DNA of 63,905 bases from an uncultured virus (IMG/VR IMGVR_UViG_3300007511_000006) (taxonomy: Duplodnaviria; Heunggongvirae; Uroviricota; Caudoviricetes). Under the pieces are notes generated by a model. The model ran no database searches. It was not told the origin of the DNA and was given only the letters and a program-made list of their open reading frames with translations. The position numbers were made by a program, and so were the translations under genes. This document shows, in pieces, positions 9,107 through 18,560 of this stretch (its first letter is position 1; each line of letters opens with the position of its first letter). The stretch lies in the IMG/VR virus record IMGVR_UViG_3300007511_000006; one strand, 5' to 3'.

Positions 9107-10420
9107 ATGAGTGATAATGCACATCAAGTACACAATAGATCAATTATTAACACTAAACAGTCTAAATTACAATGTAGATTAAAATGGTCACTTAGCACCA
9201 TATTTTTAACTACAAATACGACTGCAAGTTGCCATAGATGTGATCATAATCCAATTACGGAAGATTTTAATTTTCATAATACTCATCAAAAGGTACATGC
9301 TCGATTGCAGATGTTGCGCGATGAGTGGCCAGAGTTAGGATGCGAACACTGTAGAGTTATTGAGCAGGCAGGAGGAATGAGTGATAGACTCTTACATGAC
9401 GACATGGGATTTGCCCCGTCATCTCCGCCTGAATTATTTGATAATCCAAATGCAGTTCATGTTACTCCAACGCAACTTGAAATATATTTCAGTAATCTTT
9501 GCCAATTATCCTGTACATATTGTGGTTCGTATTTTAGTAGTACATGGGAGGCAGAAGACAAAAAATATGGTGACATACATGATTTCATGTATCCTGATGA
9601 CCACAAGGCCGGCCGGCCTAATTATCAAGAACTTAAATATTTAGATAAAGTATTTGACTGGTTAGATAAAAATGGCCAGCACCTAAGATCATTATACATT
9701 TTAGGGGGAGAACCCTTTATACAACCACAGTCTGATCGTTTGTTAGATTTCATTGCAGGAAATGGTGATAAATTTAAAAATTTAGATTTATTCTTTTTTA
9801 GTAATCTATCAAGTGATAATATAGAACCAAAAATTATTAAATTAAAGCAACTTCTAGAAGAGGGTAGATTACACAATGCTCATATTGTCGGCAGTATTGA
9901 TTGTTGGGGTAAGGAAGCAGAGTATGTAAGATATGGACTAGATATAGAATTATTTGATAAAAACATGAAATATATAATCGACGCCGGACTTGACACTACA
10001 ATAAACATATGTTGGTCTCCTATATCTACTTTTACTATGCCTGATCTTATTGAAAAATATCAAGAATGGAATCAACGACATATTACGAGAGGGAAGGAAT
10101 GGGGTATGAATATTAGTTTAATGCAAGCCTCTGGTAAAGACTGGATGCACCCTTCAATATTTGGTCCGAAAATTTTAGATTGGGGATACAACCAATCAAT
10201 TGACATGTTAATAAATATTGCAAACGAAAATTCTGAAAGCACAACCAGGGAATCTGTCATTGAATATCTTGAAGGAATAAAAAAAGCAATTGAGTCGGAT
10301 ATTCCTAATAAAAAAGCACAACAGGAATTACATAGATATCTAACAGAACTGGATCGCAGGCGTGGAACAGATTATAGAGAACTTTTCCCTATAATCTACG
10401 AAGAGATTCATAAGCAATAA
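9107..10420 (+). CDS. Radical SAM protein with N-terminal Cys-rich (Twitch/SPASM-like) segment
   Basis: CQLSCTYC, LGGEPF; N-terminal SCHRC...GCEHC. Confidence 0.85.
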   Translation: MSDNAHQVHNRSIINTKQSKLQCRLKWSLSTIFLTTNTTASCHRCDHNPITEDFNFHNTHQKVHARLQMLRDEWPELGCEHCRVIEQAGGMSDRLLHDDMGFAPSSPPELFDNPNAVHVTPTQLEIYFSNLCQLSCTYCGSYFSSTWEAEDKKYGDIHDFMYPDDHKAGRPNYQELKYLDKVFDWLDKNGQHLRSLYILGGEPFIQPQSDRLLDFIAGNGDKFKNLDLFFFSNLSSDNIEPKIIKLKQLLEEGRLHNAHIVGSIDCWGKEAEYVRYGLDIELFDKNMKYIIDAGLDTTINICWSPISTFTMPDLIEKYQEWNQRHITRGKEWGMNISLMQASGKDWMHPSIFGPKILDWGYNQSIDMLINIANENSESTTRESVIEYLEGIKKAIESDIPNKKAQQELHRYLTELDRRRGTDYRELFPIIYEEIHKQ

Positions 10421-10435
10421 AACATAAATACAGTT

Positions 10436-12061
10436 ATGCGTTTTAATGAATTTAAATTATTTGAAGCAAATTTATCGTTTGGTGATTTCCATCAAGCTGC
10501 TGAAGAACGATGGGATGTTTTTTTAAATCGCGTCAAAGGAAAGATTCCATGGGACGGCACAATTGCACCTACTTTGGGTGGGCAAGAATATGATTATCCC
10601 AAAGCAAGATCCGGAACGTATCCTTATAATATATACATTGGATACGCAAATGCCACCAGCCAAAGTAAACTTTTAAAGTCAATTCAATCAGGATCCTTCT
10701 ATGGCTATCTAGACGGTAAATCTTGGGTAGTACCGGTTTATGATCCTAAAACTAATACACAATTAGACAATTATAGAATTTCAAATCTCTTTAAAGATCA
10801 TCAATTTGCCGAACCACATCGTATTAAAAGTAAAGATCAAATCGCAAATTTTGGTAATTTAACAGAATCCTTGGCAGGTGCAGGTTTAACAGCAAAATTT
10901 ACTAAACGTGTACAAGGCGGAGTCCAGCCTATCGAAGTTAAAGACATTCTTAAAATAATTTCAAAATTAACAGTAGATAATAGTAGTAGTCAAGAAGTAA
11001 AAATTAATTCAAAAGAATTACACAAAGAAGACGTGGTGTATGCTTCTGCAGAATATAAAAGTAATTTACAAGATAAAATTGTTTGGAGAATTAAAACTCA
11101 AGAACAGGCTTTTAGGGAACTAGTAGCGATTGGAGAAGGGAAGCATTTAGATAATCCAAAACTATTAGGCTTGCTTGGGGCAGTTGCAAATTATGCTAAT
11201 TCTCGATTAATGACGCAATACTCTAGATTTTTTGCAACGAATCTCAAAGTTGATGAGATTATAGTAGATACCGACGGTATAGGTGGTGCCGCTTCCTTGC
11301 AGTCTGGAGGAGGTACTAAAGCAGACCTATTTATAGTTGCTAACGGAAAAAAACTTAGATATGCAAATCTTTCATTAAAAGCCACTAATCCAGATATTGG
11401 ACAACAAGCACTTGTTGGTAAACCACAAGGAAACCTAACAGCAGAAAAACTAAAAGATCATTTGTGGAACAATTTGATAACTTTATGGAAAGGGTTTGAC
11501 GATGGTACAAACTATATCAATGTTGAAAATATACTTTCAAAAGAAGAGTATTTAAATTCCATTGGTATCACTAGTGATATGGATTCTAATCAAATCGAAA
11601 AGGCAATAAACAGCCAATTACAAGCTAGCCAGAAAAAGGTTCGGCCCGGTATACAAAAAATGTTCAGCGCAGTTGCGAACAATATTAAACAAATTTGGCT
11701 TAAAAACGATGATTCACAATCAGAATACGATTTTATACAAGCACTGGTAAACTTTGTTGAATATCATGCAGCCAGAGAAGATAATGTAGAGTTAGTTGAT
11801 TTTAAGGCAACCGGCGATTATAGTGTCCATTCTTTTAAAAACTTATATAAACTACTTAAAGATATAGATTTTGATGTCGGGGAATATAAGACAAACGCGG
11901 GTAACGTAGGATTTAAAGTTTATGATATCAATAATCCAAAAGATGTATTGGTGTCTTTATATTTTCAGCCGAGAGCAGGGCAATCCACATATAAACTGGC
12001 TGTAAAAAAGGGACCTCTACTGAAGAAAGTTACTAATGTGAGTCACAAACGTAATAAGTAA
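10436..12061 (+). CDS. Late protein with PD-(D/E)xK nuclease-like motifs
   Basis: NFGNLTE...TKADLF...NLSLKA; TAAATA-N5-ATG start; N-terminus MRFNEFKLFEA. Confidence 0.5.
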   Translation: MRFNEFKLFEANLSFGDFHQAAEERWDVFLNRVKGKIPWDGTIAPTLGGQEYDYPKARSGTYPYNIYIGYANATSQSKLLKSIQSGSFYGYLDGKSWVVPVYDPKTNTQLDNYRISNLFKDHQFAEPHRIKSKDQIANFGNLTESLAGAGLTAKFTKRVQGGVQPIEVKDILKIISKLTVDNSSSQEVKINSKELHKEDVVYASAEYKSNLQDKIVWRIKTQEQAFRELVAIGEGKHLDNPKLLGLLGAVANYANSRLMTQYSRFFATNLKVDEIIVDTDGIGGAASLQSGGGTKADLFIVANGKKLRYANLSLKATNPDIGQQALVGKPQGNLTAEKLKDHLWNNLITLWKGFDDGTNYINVENILSKEEYLNSIGITSDMDSNQIEKAINSQLQASQKKVRPGIQKMFSAVANNIKQIWLKNDDSQSEYDFIQALVNFVEYHAAREDNVELVDFKATGDYSVHSFKNLYKLLKDIDFDVGEYKTNAGNVGFKVYDINNPKDVLVSLYFQPRAGQSTYKLAVKKGPLLKKVTNVSHKRNK

Positions 12062-12069
12062 GGTATATA

Positions 12070-12639
12070 TTACTTTAATAAATTCATATGCACAACCACT
12101 AAATGTGCATAACCTACTGAGTGACTCTTTTTAAAATAATACGAATTAGGATCAGTTGGTACTTTCCAAACTTCTTGCCCTATTTCCTTCCACGTTCTAT
12201 TTGCTAGATAGCGTTTAGCAGGGCGTATTACTGCTAAAAACATTGCCATTCTAGGAATACTGTCAGGCATCATCTTCTTTATTAAATCATAATGATTGCT
12301 GATATGTATAATCTGTTCAGTATATTCTCTTTCAGCAAGTCTTTCCCACGGTGGCTCTGTAAACATTAAATCTATTAAATGTTCTTCGCTTTGTACTTGG
12401 TTGTATATATTAACATTAAGTAAATCTAATTTAAAGTATCCTCGCTCTTCTGCGTCCTTATGATCGAGTGAGCAAATACCTTTTACTGGGTCTGTTGGAA
12501 CATCAGTAAAATAAACTCCAGTATTATGTTTTATTAGTTCATTATTGCGTATAATAGTCGCAGGAGTATGGTTTTGTAACTTTTCAAGTACTTCGTTTCT
12601 ATTCGCGAAGTCTATATCAATGTCAAATTTAAGGCTCAT
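12070..12639 (-). CDS. Miniature DNA polymerase III alpha (DnaE)-like catalytic core
   Basis: DIDIDF, KHNTGVY, GYFKLDLLN, LAVIRP, FKKSHSVGYA motifs in about 190 aa. Confidence 0.8.
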   Translation of the reverse strand: MSLKFDIDIDFANRNEVLEKLQNHTPATIIRNNELIKHNTGVYFTDVPTDPVKGICSLDHKDAEERGYFKLDLLNVNIYNQVQSEEHLIDLMFTEPPWERLAEREYTEQIIHISNHYDLIKKMMPDSIPRMAMFLAVIRPAKRYLANRTWKEIGQEVWKVPTDPNSYYFKKSHSVGYAHLVVVHMNLLK

Positions 12640-12830
12640 ATTGGTTTCTTGCTCTTGGTACAATTGGTAATGCTAACTAAATTCATAATTGGACGAACAA
12701 TGTATTCATCATTACGTGATACATTTACGCCACCAGGACCACATTTATATCCTAATTTTTCACTTAACCATAACTTATTAAACCATTTATGGTGGTGTGG
12801 GTATTTTTTATAGGCTTCCGAATCATCCAA
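12636..12830 (-). CDS. Short hypothetical protein, possibly a truncated gene
   Basis: 64 aa, overlap-coupled to both neighbours; WFNKLWLSEKLGYKCGPGG...VRPIMNL then an unrelated-looking tail. Confidence 0.5.
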   Translation of the reverse strand: MDDSEAYKKYPHHHKWFNKLWLSEKLGYKCGPGGVNVSRNDEYIVRPIMNLVSITNCTKSKKPI

Positions 12831-13008
12831 ATTTACTTTCCATCCATGCTATTTTATCTTTGAGGTGTAACTTTTCTTTCTTGAGTTCAGTTAACTTTGA
12901 GTGAGTTTCGCCTATGTCATTATTCTCTAGTTTCCAAATTATGTTATCTAATTCTTTATGCCGTTTCTTTAACAATTTTAAATCAAAATCTACTATATTA
13001 TCTGTCAT
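12823..13008 (-). CDS. YdcH/DUF465-like coiled-coil protein
   Basis: LKKRHKELDNII...LKKEKLHLKDKI; AGGAG RBS. Confidence 0.7.
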   Translation of the reverse strand: MTDNIVDFDLKLLKKRHKELDNIIWKLENNDIGETHSKLTELKKEKLHLKDKIAWMESKFG

Positions 13009-13017
13009 CGTTTTCTC

Positions 13018-13719
13018 CTACATGGTTGCTTCACTTAAAATGTGCTTTGCCCATTCTACGTCCGCCGGAAACGCTTCGAAGCGTTTACTCCAGTATACCG
13101 GATCTATGAAGTCATTTATTAATCCTAACTGCTCGTCTGTCATTTTATCGAGCATATCCATTCCTGTATCGCTATGGTATATAACCCATGGACTTATTTT
13201 CCCATTTCTTATTAGTGCTACTGCTTTATTAAAACTTACAAATTTAAAAAAATGATTGAACGAAGAATTGTTATTATTTGCCCAATCCTCCATACTTAAT
13301 ATGCTACGCTCTAATGCATCTCTAGCATTTTCTGTTTTAATATATGGAAGTAAATATTCTTCATACACAGAATCCTTACACCAATTATCTAACTTAATGT
13401 TACTTTTAATAACATAATCAATAAAGTAATCCGGATTGATTACGTTGATGTTTATAATATGTTTGCCAAACTTTACAAACGCATTATAATATTGGCTACT
13501 AGCAAAGTGCTGGTAGTCTTTAAAGTTAGCAGAACCTTGTGTTAGTTCATAAAAACGTTTATAAGCAATGTATCCTATCTGTACATGCTTTTCGTCTTTC
13601 TGTCCGTGTCTACGTTTTTGTTCACATACATGAGCCGCTAGTGTTTTTTCTCTAGCAAAACTCCTGTTACAAAATTTACATTCATAGCCACTGTTTGATT
13701 GACTTATCGTCGTATCCAT
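13018..13719 (-). CDS. C2H2-type zinc-finger protein
   Basis: YECKFCNRSFAREKTLAAHVC at the N-terminus. Confidence 0.7.
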   Translation of the reverse strand: MDTTISQSNSGYECKFCNRSFAREKTLAAHVCEQKRRHGQKDEKHVQIGYIAYKRFYELTQGSANFKDYQHFASSQYYNAFVKFGKHIININVINPDYFIDYVIKSNIKLDNWCKDSVYEEYLLPYIKTENARDALERSILSMEDWANNNNSSFNHFFKFVSFNKAVALIRNGKISPWVIYHSDTGMDMLDKMTDEQLGLINDFIDPVYWSKRFEAFPADVEWAKHILSEATM

Positions 13720-14149
13720 GTTCTATTGCTAATTGTTTGAGTTCCTTTTTATCGCATACTTCTGCATATGCTTCTATGTCACTAAGTTTCCACGACGTAT
13801 ATATTTCTTTGAGAAACCTAGTTTTCTTATTATCTTTTGTTTCTTTTTTCATTGGCAAATACTTGCGTTTAAATGTGCCAATGCTTGGATTGATAGCACA
13901 CAGTATTTTGTAAGTTAAGTCGGGATGCTTACTTACCTCCCAAAAGTTAATGTTTAGTTCATTATTGGTTGCGCGAATCATATACTCCTGTAGATCATTG
14001 GAGCCTGTTGCACTTGCGGAATATTTAAGTTGTAAATATGGGCTAAACGCTTTCTTTTTTTCTGCGCTTAAATTCTTGTACCAGTTGTAATCCTTTTTAT
14101 CTATTGCGTTAAATATTTCGCTTAATGGTAATACTGCTGGCTTAGGCAT
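13682..14149 (-). CDS. Probable clamp-loader small subunit (gp62-like)
   Basis: Size and pattern (KKAFSPY...N...HPDL...YLP) resemble T4-like gp62; replication context. Confidence 0.45.
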   Translation of the reverse strand: MPKPAVLPLSEIFNAIDKKDYNWYKNLSAEKKKAFSPYLQLKYSASATGSNDLQEYMIRATNNELNINFWEVSKHPDLTYKILCAINPSIGTFKRKYLPMKKETKDNKKTRFLKEIYTSWKLSDIEAYAEVCDKKELKQLAIEHGYDDKSIKQWL

Positions 14150-14681
14150 TCTCGAGTCCTTTTATATACTCTTTTATTGTAACATTTTCTAAGTATTTGT
14201 CAAGTTCAAATGGGCAATTATTAGCAATTCTAACAATTCTGCCTTTTCCTCTGTATCTGTTACATACTGCTTTAATGTTATATTGTTCGATAATAAAACC
14301 GCCTGATTCTTTATTACCGCTATAATAGTTTTCTGTGTCGTTATATATATTATTTACCTTTCCACTTGTACTTTCTAAATCAAAACCAATCATATGTATT
14401 TCGTTATGTGTTCGCATTGCTATTATTAATGCAATTAATCCTGAATTCATCATTGGTTCATATTCAGGAATATCTTCTAAATAATGCACATTTGCTACAT
14501 TAACGCCACTTTGTTCAAACTCCTCACGCATTGGTGAATCAAGTATTATTAAGTGATCTGGAATAAACTCTCTATATAAAGCATTGCATCCATAAATTTC
14601 CCACTCGTTTCTTTTAAACAAGTTTAAATCTATTTGCCTACGGCTTTCGCCATTGCCTACTACTAATGCTTTCACCACCAT
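14142..14681 (-). CDS. MptE/DUF115-like (sialyltransferase-fold) protein
   Basis: ALVVGNGESR, YGCNALY, NSG, IHMIGFD; paralogous to 47688..48434. Confidence 0.6.
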   Translation of the reverse strand: MVVKALVVGNGESRRQIDLNLFKRNEWEIYGCNALYREFIPDHLIILDSPMREEFEQSGVNVANVHYLEDIPEYEPMMNSGLIALIIAMRTHNEIHMIGFDLESTSGKVNNIYNDTENYYSGNKESGGFIIEQYNIKAVCNRYRGKGRIVRIANNCPFELDKYLENVTIKEYIKGLENA

Positions 14682-14953
14682 CCTGCCGCTACAACTATTC
14701 CTATTACATTTACAACGGCAAAATAACCTGTTAGTAATACCGGCCAAGCAAGTTTACGTCTGTAATATGCATAAATTCCTGTTATTGATCCTATTAAAAA
14801 GGCCGGATATACTATTAACATATTAGGATCGTCTGCTGTTAATGCCAAATTTAAACTCGCGGCTACAGTAAAAATAAAACTTACTAATTCAAAATAAAAT
14901 GCTACCTTGTCACTGTAGTAAGACTCTTCCCAAAATTTTAAAATTTTACCCAT
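14672..14953 (-). CDS. Small membrane protein (about 3 TM helices)
   Basis: Three hydrophobic stretches; likely start MGKILKF at 14953. Confidence 0.65.
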   Translation of the reverse strand: MGKILKFWEESYYSDKVAFYFELVSFIFTVAASLNLALTADDPNMLIVYPAFLIGSITGIYAYYRRKLAWPVLLTGYFAVVNVIGIVVAAGWW

Positions 14954-16106
14954 TGCCAAATGTGCCAGAAAAGCCAAAGAAAATTCTATTTCTATTAAAG
15001 TCATCTGTAACTATATGAGAAAAATCCATCTCAAAGTTTAATGAGTTATCATCTTTCTCAAACAAATTGAATGTTTTTTTAGTTCCATACATTTGATAGT
15101 TGTCCGTCAAGTCAAACTTTAATTCAAAATCATAACTAGTGTGTAGGTAATAGGCGCCTATAGCAATGGCGGCTATACCTATGACTGCTAGAGCAGTATC
15201 AGAATCACTATTTTTCTTCTTAGGTGCATCTTCATGGCCACAGTATGTTATGTTTCTACCATTGCCTGTACCTACGGCACCCATAGAGCACATTAGATCA
15301 CCTAATGCTTTTGCTTGTGCCGACTCACTGAATAACGAATACTCAGAAACTACTACTGGTTTGCCCAGTTTCAATGCCTCAGTCAACATTCTTTTTGCTG
15401 TCTCTACATCTGATATGTAATCACCTGTAGTATGTCTACCTATTTGTAGATAGATGTAATCTGCATTGGTGTAGTATCGTGTATCGTGTTTGTATCCACC
15501 AACACCATCTGACAAATGTACCGCAACAGGTTTGTCTGTCTTTGACTTTATGAAAGCAACATAATCATTCACTTGTTCGGGTGACCAATACTCATCACAT
15601 TCTAGACAAGCAACATAGGCAGATGCTTGGTCATCATAGAGTCGGATGATTTTCTCCATGAATACCTTGTGGTGGGCGGCATTACCTTTCCAATCCCTGT
15701 GTGCAGATTCGGGTGTCATCCACAATACAGGTTTGAGTCCTGCTTGATTTAGTTCTATAAGTCTTTGCCTAAAGTTATCATTGGGGTCTACTATACCACC
15801 TGGCAAATGACCTCTAGAGGCACGGACATACATATCAATATGTGTATCACCGGTGTTGACTAGTCGTTGTCTAAAGTTTGCTCGTTCTGCATCTGTCCAA
15901 GTGTTAGACAAATACATTAAGGTTGTGTTAAACTTCTTTGACTGATCGCCAGTGTGTGGGCCTATCTTGCCTAATAGAAACGATGATCTTACGCCGTGAA
16001 GTGAATATGTTTTATCGTATGCTTGGCTTACACTTATACCTACTATGCTTAAACAAGAAAGATATATTACTAGTAGCGTGGGCCAAATAATTCGTCGAAT
16101 ATTCAT
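14946..16106 (-). CDS. Exported glycoside-hydrolase-like (TIM-barrel) protein with C-terminal membrane anchor
   Basis: Signal-peptide-like N-terminus; CLECDEY and PVVVSEY as clan GH-A-like acid/base and nucleophile; hydrophobic helix then amphipathic beta strands. Confidence 0.5.
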   Translation of the reverse strand: MNIRRIIWPTLLVIYLSCLSIVGISVSQAYDKTYSLHGVRSSFLLGKIGPHTGDQSKKFNTTLMYLSNTWTDAERANFRQRLVNTGDTHIDMYVRASRGHLPGGIVDPNDNFRQRLIELNQAGLKPVLWMTPESAHRDWKGNAAHHKVFMEKIIRLYDDQASAYVACLECDEYWSPEQVNDYVAFIKSKTDKPVAVHLSDGVGGYKHDTRYYTNADYIYLQIGRHTTGDYISDVETAKRMLTEALKLGKPVVVSEYSLFSESAQAKALGDLMCSMGAVGTGNGRNITYCGHEDAPKKKNSDSDTALAVIGIAAIAIGAYYLHTSYDFELKFDLTDNYQMYGTKKTFNLFEKDDNSLNFEMDFSHIVTDDFNRNRIFFGFSGTFGNG

Positions 16107-16145
16107 ATGAATATTTAGTTGTTTTCATATGAATATTTAGTTGTT
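16102..16145. repeat. Perfect 22-bp tandem duplication
   Basis: TTCATATGAATATTTAGTTGTT at 16102-16123 and again at 16124-16145. Confidence 0.95.
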
Positions 16146-16153
16146 TAGTTTTT

Positions 16154-16654
16154 TTACATAACTTGAGTGACATCAATAACTTCCGATTGTTTATTAATTT
16201 CACTAATAAAATAAGCACATTGTGGCTTAGGACCATCATGTAAAGGAACTGCCAGTAATTGTCCTGTTTTAAGTTTAGGAAAGTACCATTTAACTTCTGT
16301 ATAGATATCTACAATGTCAATTTCCGCATAATTGTGCATATAGCCACTTAGTGGATTGTATAAAAAGGCTTCAAACCCTCTATCATTTACACTAGTAAGA
16401 GGCAACACTTCTAAATCACCTACTTCAGGACTACCTACCACGATATGCCAATCTACAGGCATTGGAATTTTATACTTACCAAGTTGTAGTACTACTGCCG
16501 GTGCGTTAAAAGATTCCAAAAAGATAAGTGGTATAAAAAAGTAATCCGGATCGGCAGGATTACTATTATCTAATATACAAAATCTTACATCATCTACCTT
16601 TTCAGGCATAGCGTTCATTGGGTATGAAACGTCATCTAACGTTAATATTCTCAT
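16154..16654 (-). CDS. Hypothetical phage protein
   Basis: 166-aa ORF in operon context downstream of uvsW. Confidence 0.7.
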   Translation of the reverse strand: MRILTLDDVSYPMNAMPEKVDDVRFCILDNSNPADPDYFFIPLIFLESFNAPAVVLQLGKYKIPMPVDWHIVVGSPEVGDLEVLPLTSVNDRGFEAFLYNPLSGYMHNYAEIDIVDIYTEVKWYFPKLKTGQLLAVPLHDGPKPQCAYFISEINKQSEVIDVTQVM

Positions 16655-16672
16655 TGAGTTTTCTCTTATAAT

Positions 16673-17095
16673 TTAAAATGGTGGATCATCATCAGTAGGA
16701 TCACTAATTTGATCATCTGCTGGTTTGGGTTTGTAATCTGGATTTTTAACTATTTGTTTTGTTCGTGGGTTAATTATATAATATTGGTGTGTTCTGTCTT
16801 TTGATCTAGCCGGAATTGGGTTACCTTTAATTGTAGGGCGTGTAGGATTACCAGCATCATCATAATCCGGAGTAGATGGAGAGCCCGGACCTGTATTCAT
16901 ATATTTTGTATGAACGAGTTTTTCCAGTGAAGCCATCTGCTTTACTAATAATATAATTTCGGATTGTAAATCTTTATTTTCAAGTTTAACCTTATCAATT
17001 TTGTCTATTAGACTTTTGTGTTCTAATTTAATATCGTCTAATTCTTTGATTAAGTCGTGGTACTTTTTATAAAGATCGCTAACTTGTGAACTCAT
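16673..17095 (-). CDS. Hypothetical coiled-coil protein with Pro/Asp-rich tail
   Basis: 140-aa ORF with heptad pattern; TAAATA just upstream. Confidence 0.6.
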   Translation of the reverse strand: MSSQVSDLYKKYHDLIKELDDIKLEHKSLIDKIDKVKLENKDLQSEIILLVKQMASLEKLVHTKYMNTGPGSPSTPDYDDAGNPTRPTIKGNPIPARSKDRTHQYYIINPRTKQIVKNPDYKPKPADDQISDPTDDDPPF

Positions 17096-17108
17096 TGCTT
17101 ATTATTTA

Positions 17109-18560
17109 TTATCCTTGCCAATTCACTTTTTCTACAGTAAATGGATATTCTGCTTCCCTGTAATAACTTTTTCTTTTAGTTAAATGTCGTTTAGCATACT
17201 TGCAAGTGCTAGTTATATCCCAAATTTGTACAAAGTCTTTATCTTCTGCTTTTCTAATACCACGGCCAATACTTTGTATTACTCTAACAAAACTTTTGCC
17301 TGGTTCAATTAATACCAAATTAAATATACGTGGTATGTTAATGCCAACTGCCGCAACGCCATATGTTGCAATAATTATTTTTGCGTCTGCTGTTCTAACA
17401 TCATCATAATGTTCTTTTCTTTCATCTGCCTTAGTAGCACCGCTCACAAATACACTTCCATCTAACCTTTGTTCAAGCAGTTTGCCGGCGCTTATTCTAT
17501 CAACTAATATCAAAGTGTTTCCACTATCTTTAACATCATCAATAAAATTGCCTATGTAATCTATTCTATCTTCGTTGCTTAAAAGATACTTCAATTCACT
17601 CTGATAATTATTATATTCGCCATAATCATTAAGTTGTACTATATTAACGTGGCAATTTGCTAAGACGCCCTTGTCTTGCAGGTCAGCGGCGGCTATTCTA
17701 TTAACTACATCACCAATACTAACTTTTAGTGACATCCATTCATACTTTTCTTTTGGTATTGTGCCTGTTAAACCCCAACGTATAGGCACATTAGCAAACT
17801 GTTGCGTTAGCAATTGCTTCAGCACATCTGCCTTACTCATATGGACTTCGTCTACCATAATACACGCCACGCCCTCTATGAAGTCTTCTATAGTAACATC
17901 TACTTCTGCATTACGTGTTTTCTTTGTAAGTATGTTTAAACTTTGCCAAGTGCAAATGGTATGCGTTCTGCCGTATTCTTTTCTGTCACCATAAAAGACA
18001 CCCACATCAAGTCCTAAGTTTATGTAGTCCTCTTCGGTTTGAGTCACAAGACTTTTGTTTGGCACAATAACTATAGTGCGCCCATATTTCTCGCATATAT
18101 TACTAAGTGCGGCAGTAATAAGTGTTTTGCCTGCGCCAGTCGCGACCTCTTGTATGGACTGTGGATTTTCTAAAAAGCGATTAATTACTTCAACTTGATA
18201 ATCTCGTAATACAATAGACTGTCCTTCATGCGTATGTCCGCTAGGCCATTTGACGTGATTATAACTGTTTACATTTACTTTATCAAAAGTTAGTTCAACA
18301 GGATTCCTATAATCAATTAATTCTATTTTGTAATTGTCGAGTAATGGTAATATATCGCCCAACAAGTTTGTATATGTACTACCACCAAGATTAAAGAAAG
18401 ACGCTTTACCATCCCAGCGTCCTAAACGAACTGCTGGCATAAATCTTGCGTGGGGGATATCAAATTTAAATTTATCGACTAACTTTCGTCTGTCTGTTAA
18501 ATCTAATCCTTCAAATTTACAATTTACTTCGTCTTTTAAATATAACTTACACTTTGGCAT
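17109..18560 (-). CDS. uvsW: UvsW-like SF2 DNA helicase
   Basis: LRDYQ, ATGAGKT, DEVH, GLTGT, QSIGRGIR. Confidence 0.92.
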   Translation of the reverse strand: MPKCKLYLKDEVNCKFEGLDLTDRRKLVDKFKFDIPHARFMPAVRLGRWDGKASFFNLGGSTYTNLLGDILPLLDNYKIELIDYRNPVELTFDKVNVNSYNHVKWPSGHTHEGQSIVLRDYQVEVINRFLENPQSIQEVATGAGKTLITAALSNICEKYGRTIVIVPNKSLVTQTEEDYINLGLDVGVFYGDRKEYGRTHTICTWQSLNILTKKTRNAEVDVTIEDFIEGVACIMVDEVHMSKADVLKQLLTQQFANVPIRWGLTGTIPKEKYEWMSLKVSIGDVVNRIAAADLQDKGVLANCHVNIVQLNDYGEYNNYQSELKYLLSNEDRIDYIGNFIDDVKDSGNTLILVDRISAGKLLEQRLDGSVFVSGATKADERKEHYDDVRTADAKIIIATYGVAAVGINIPRIFNLVLIEPGKSFVRVIQSIGRGIRKAEDKDFVQIWDITSTCKYAKRHLTKRKSYYREAEYPFTVEKVNWQG

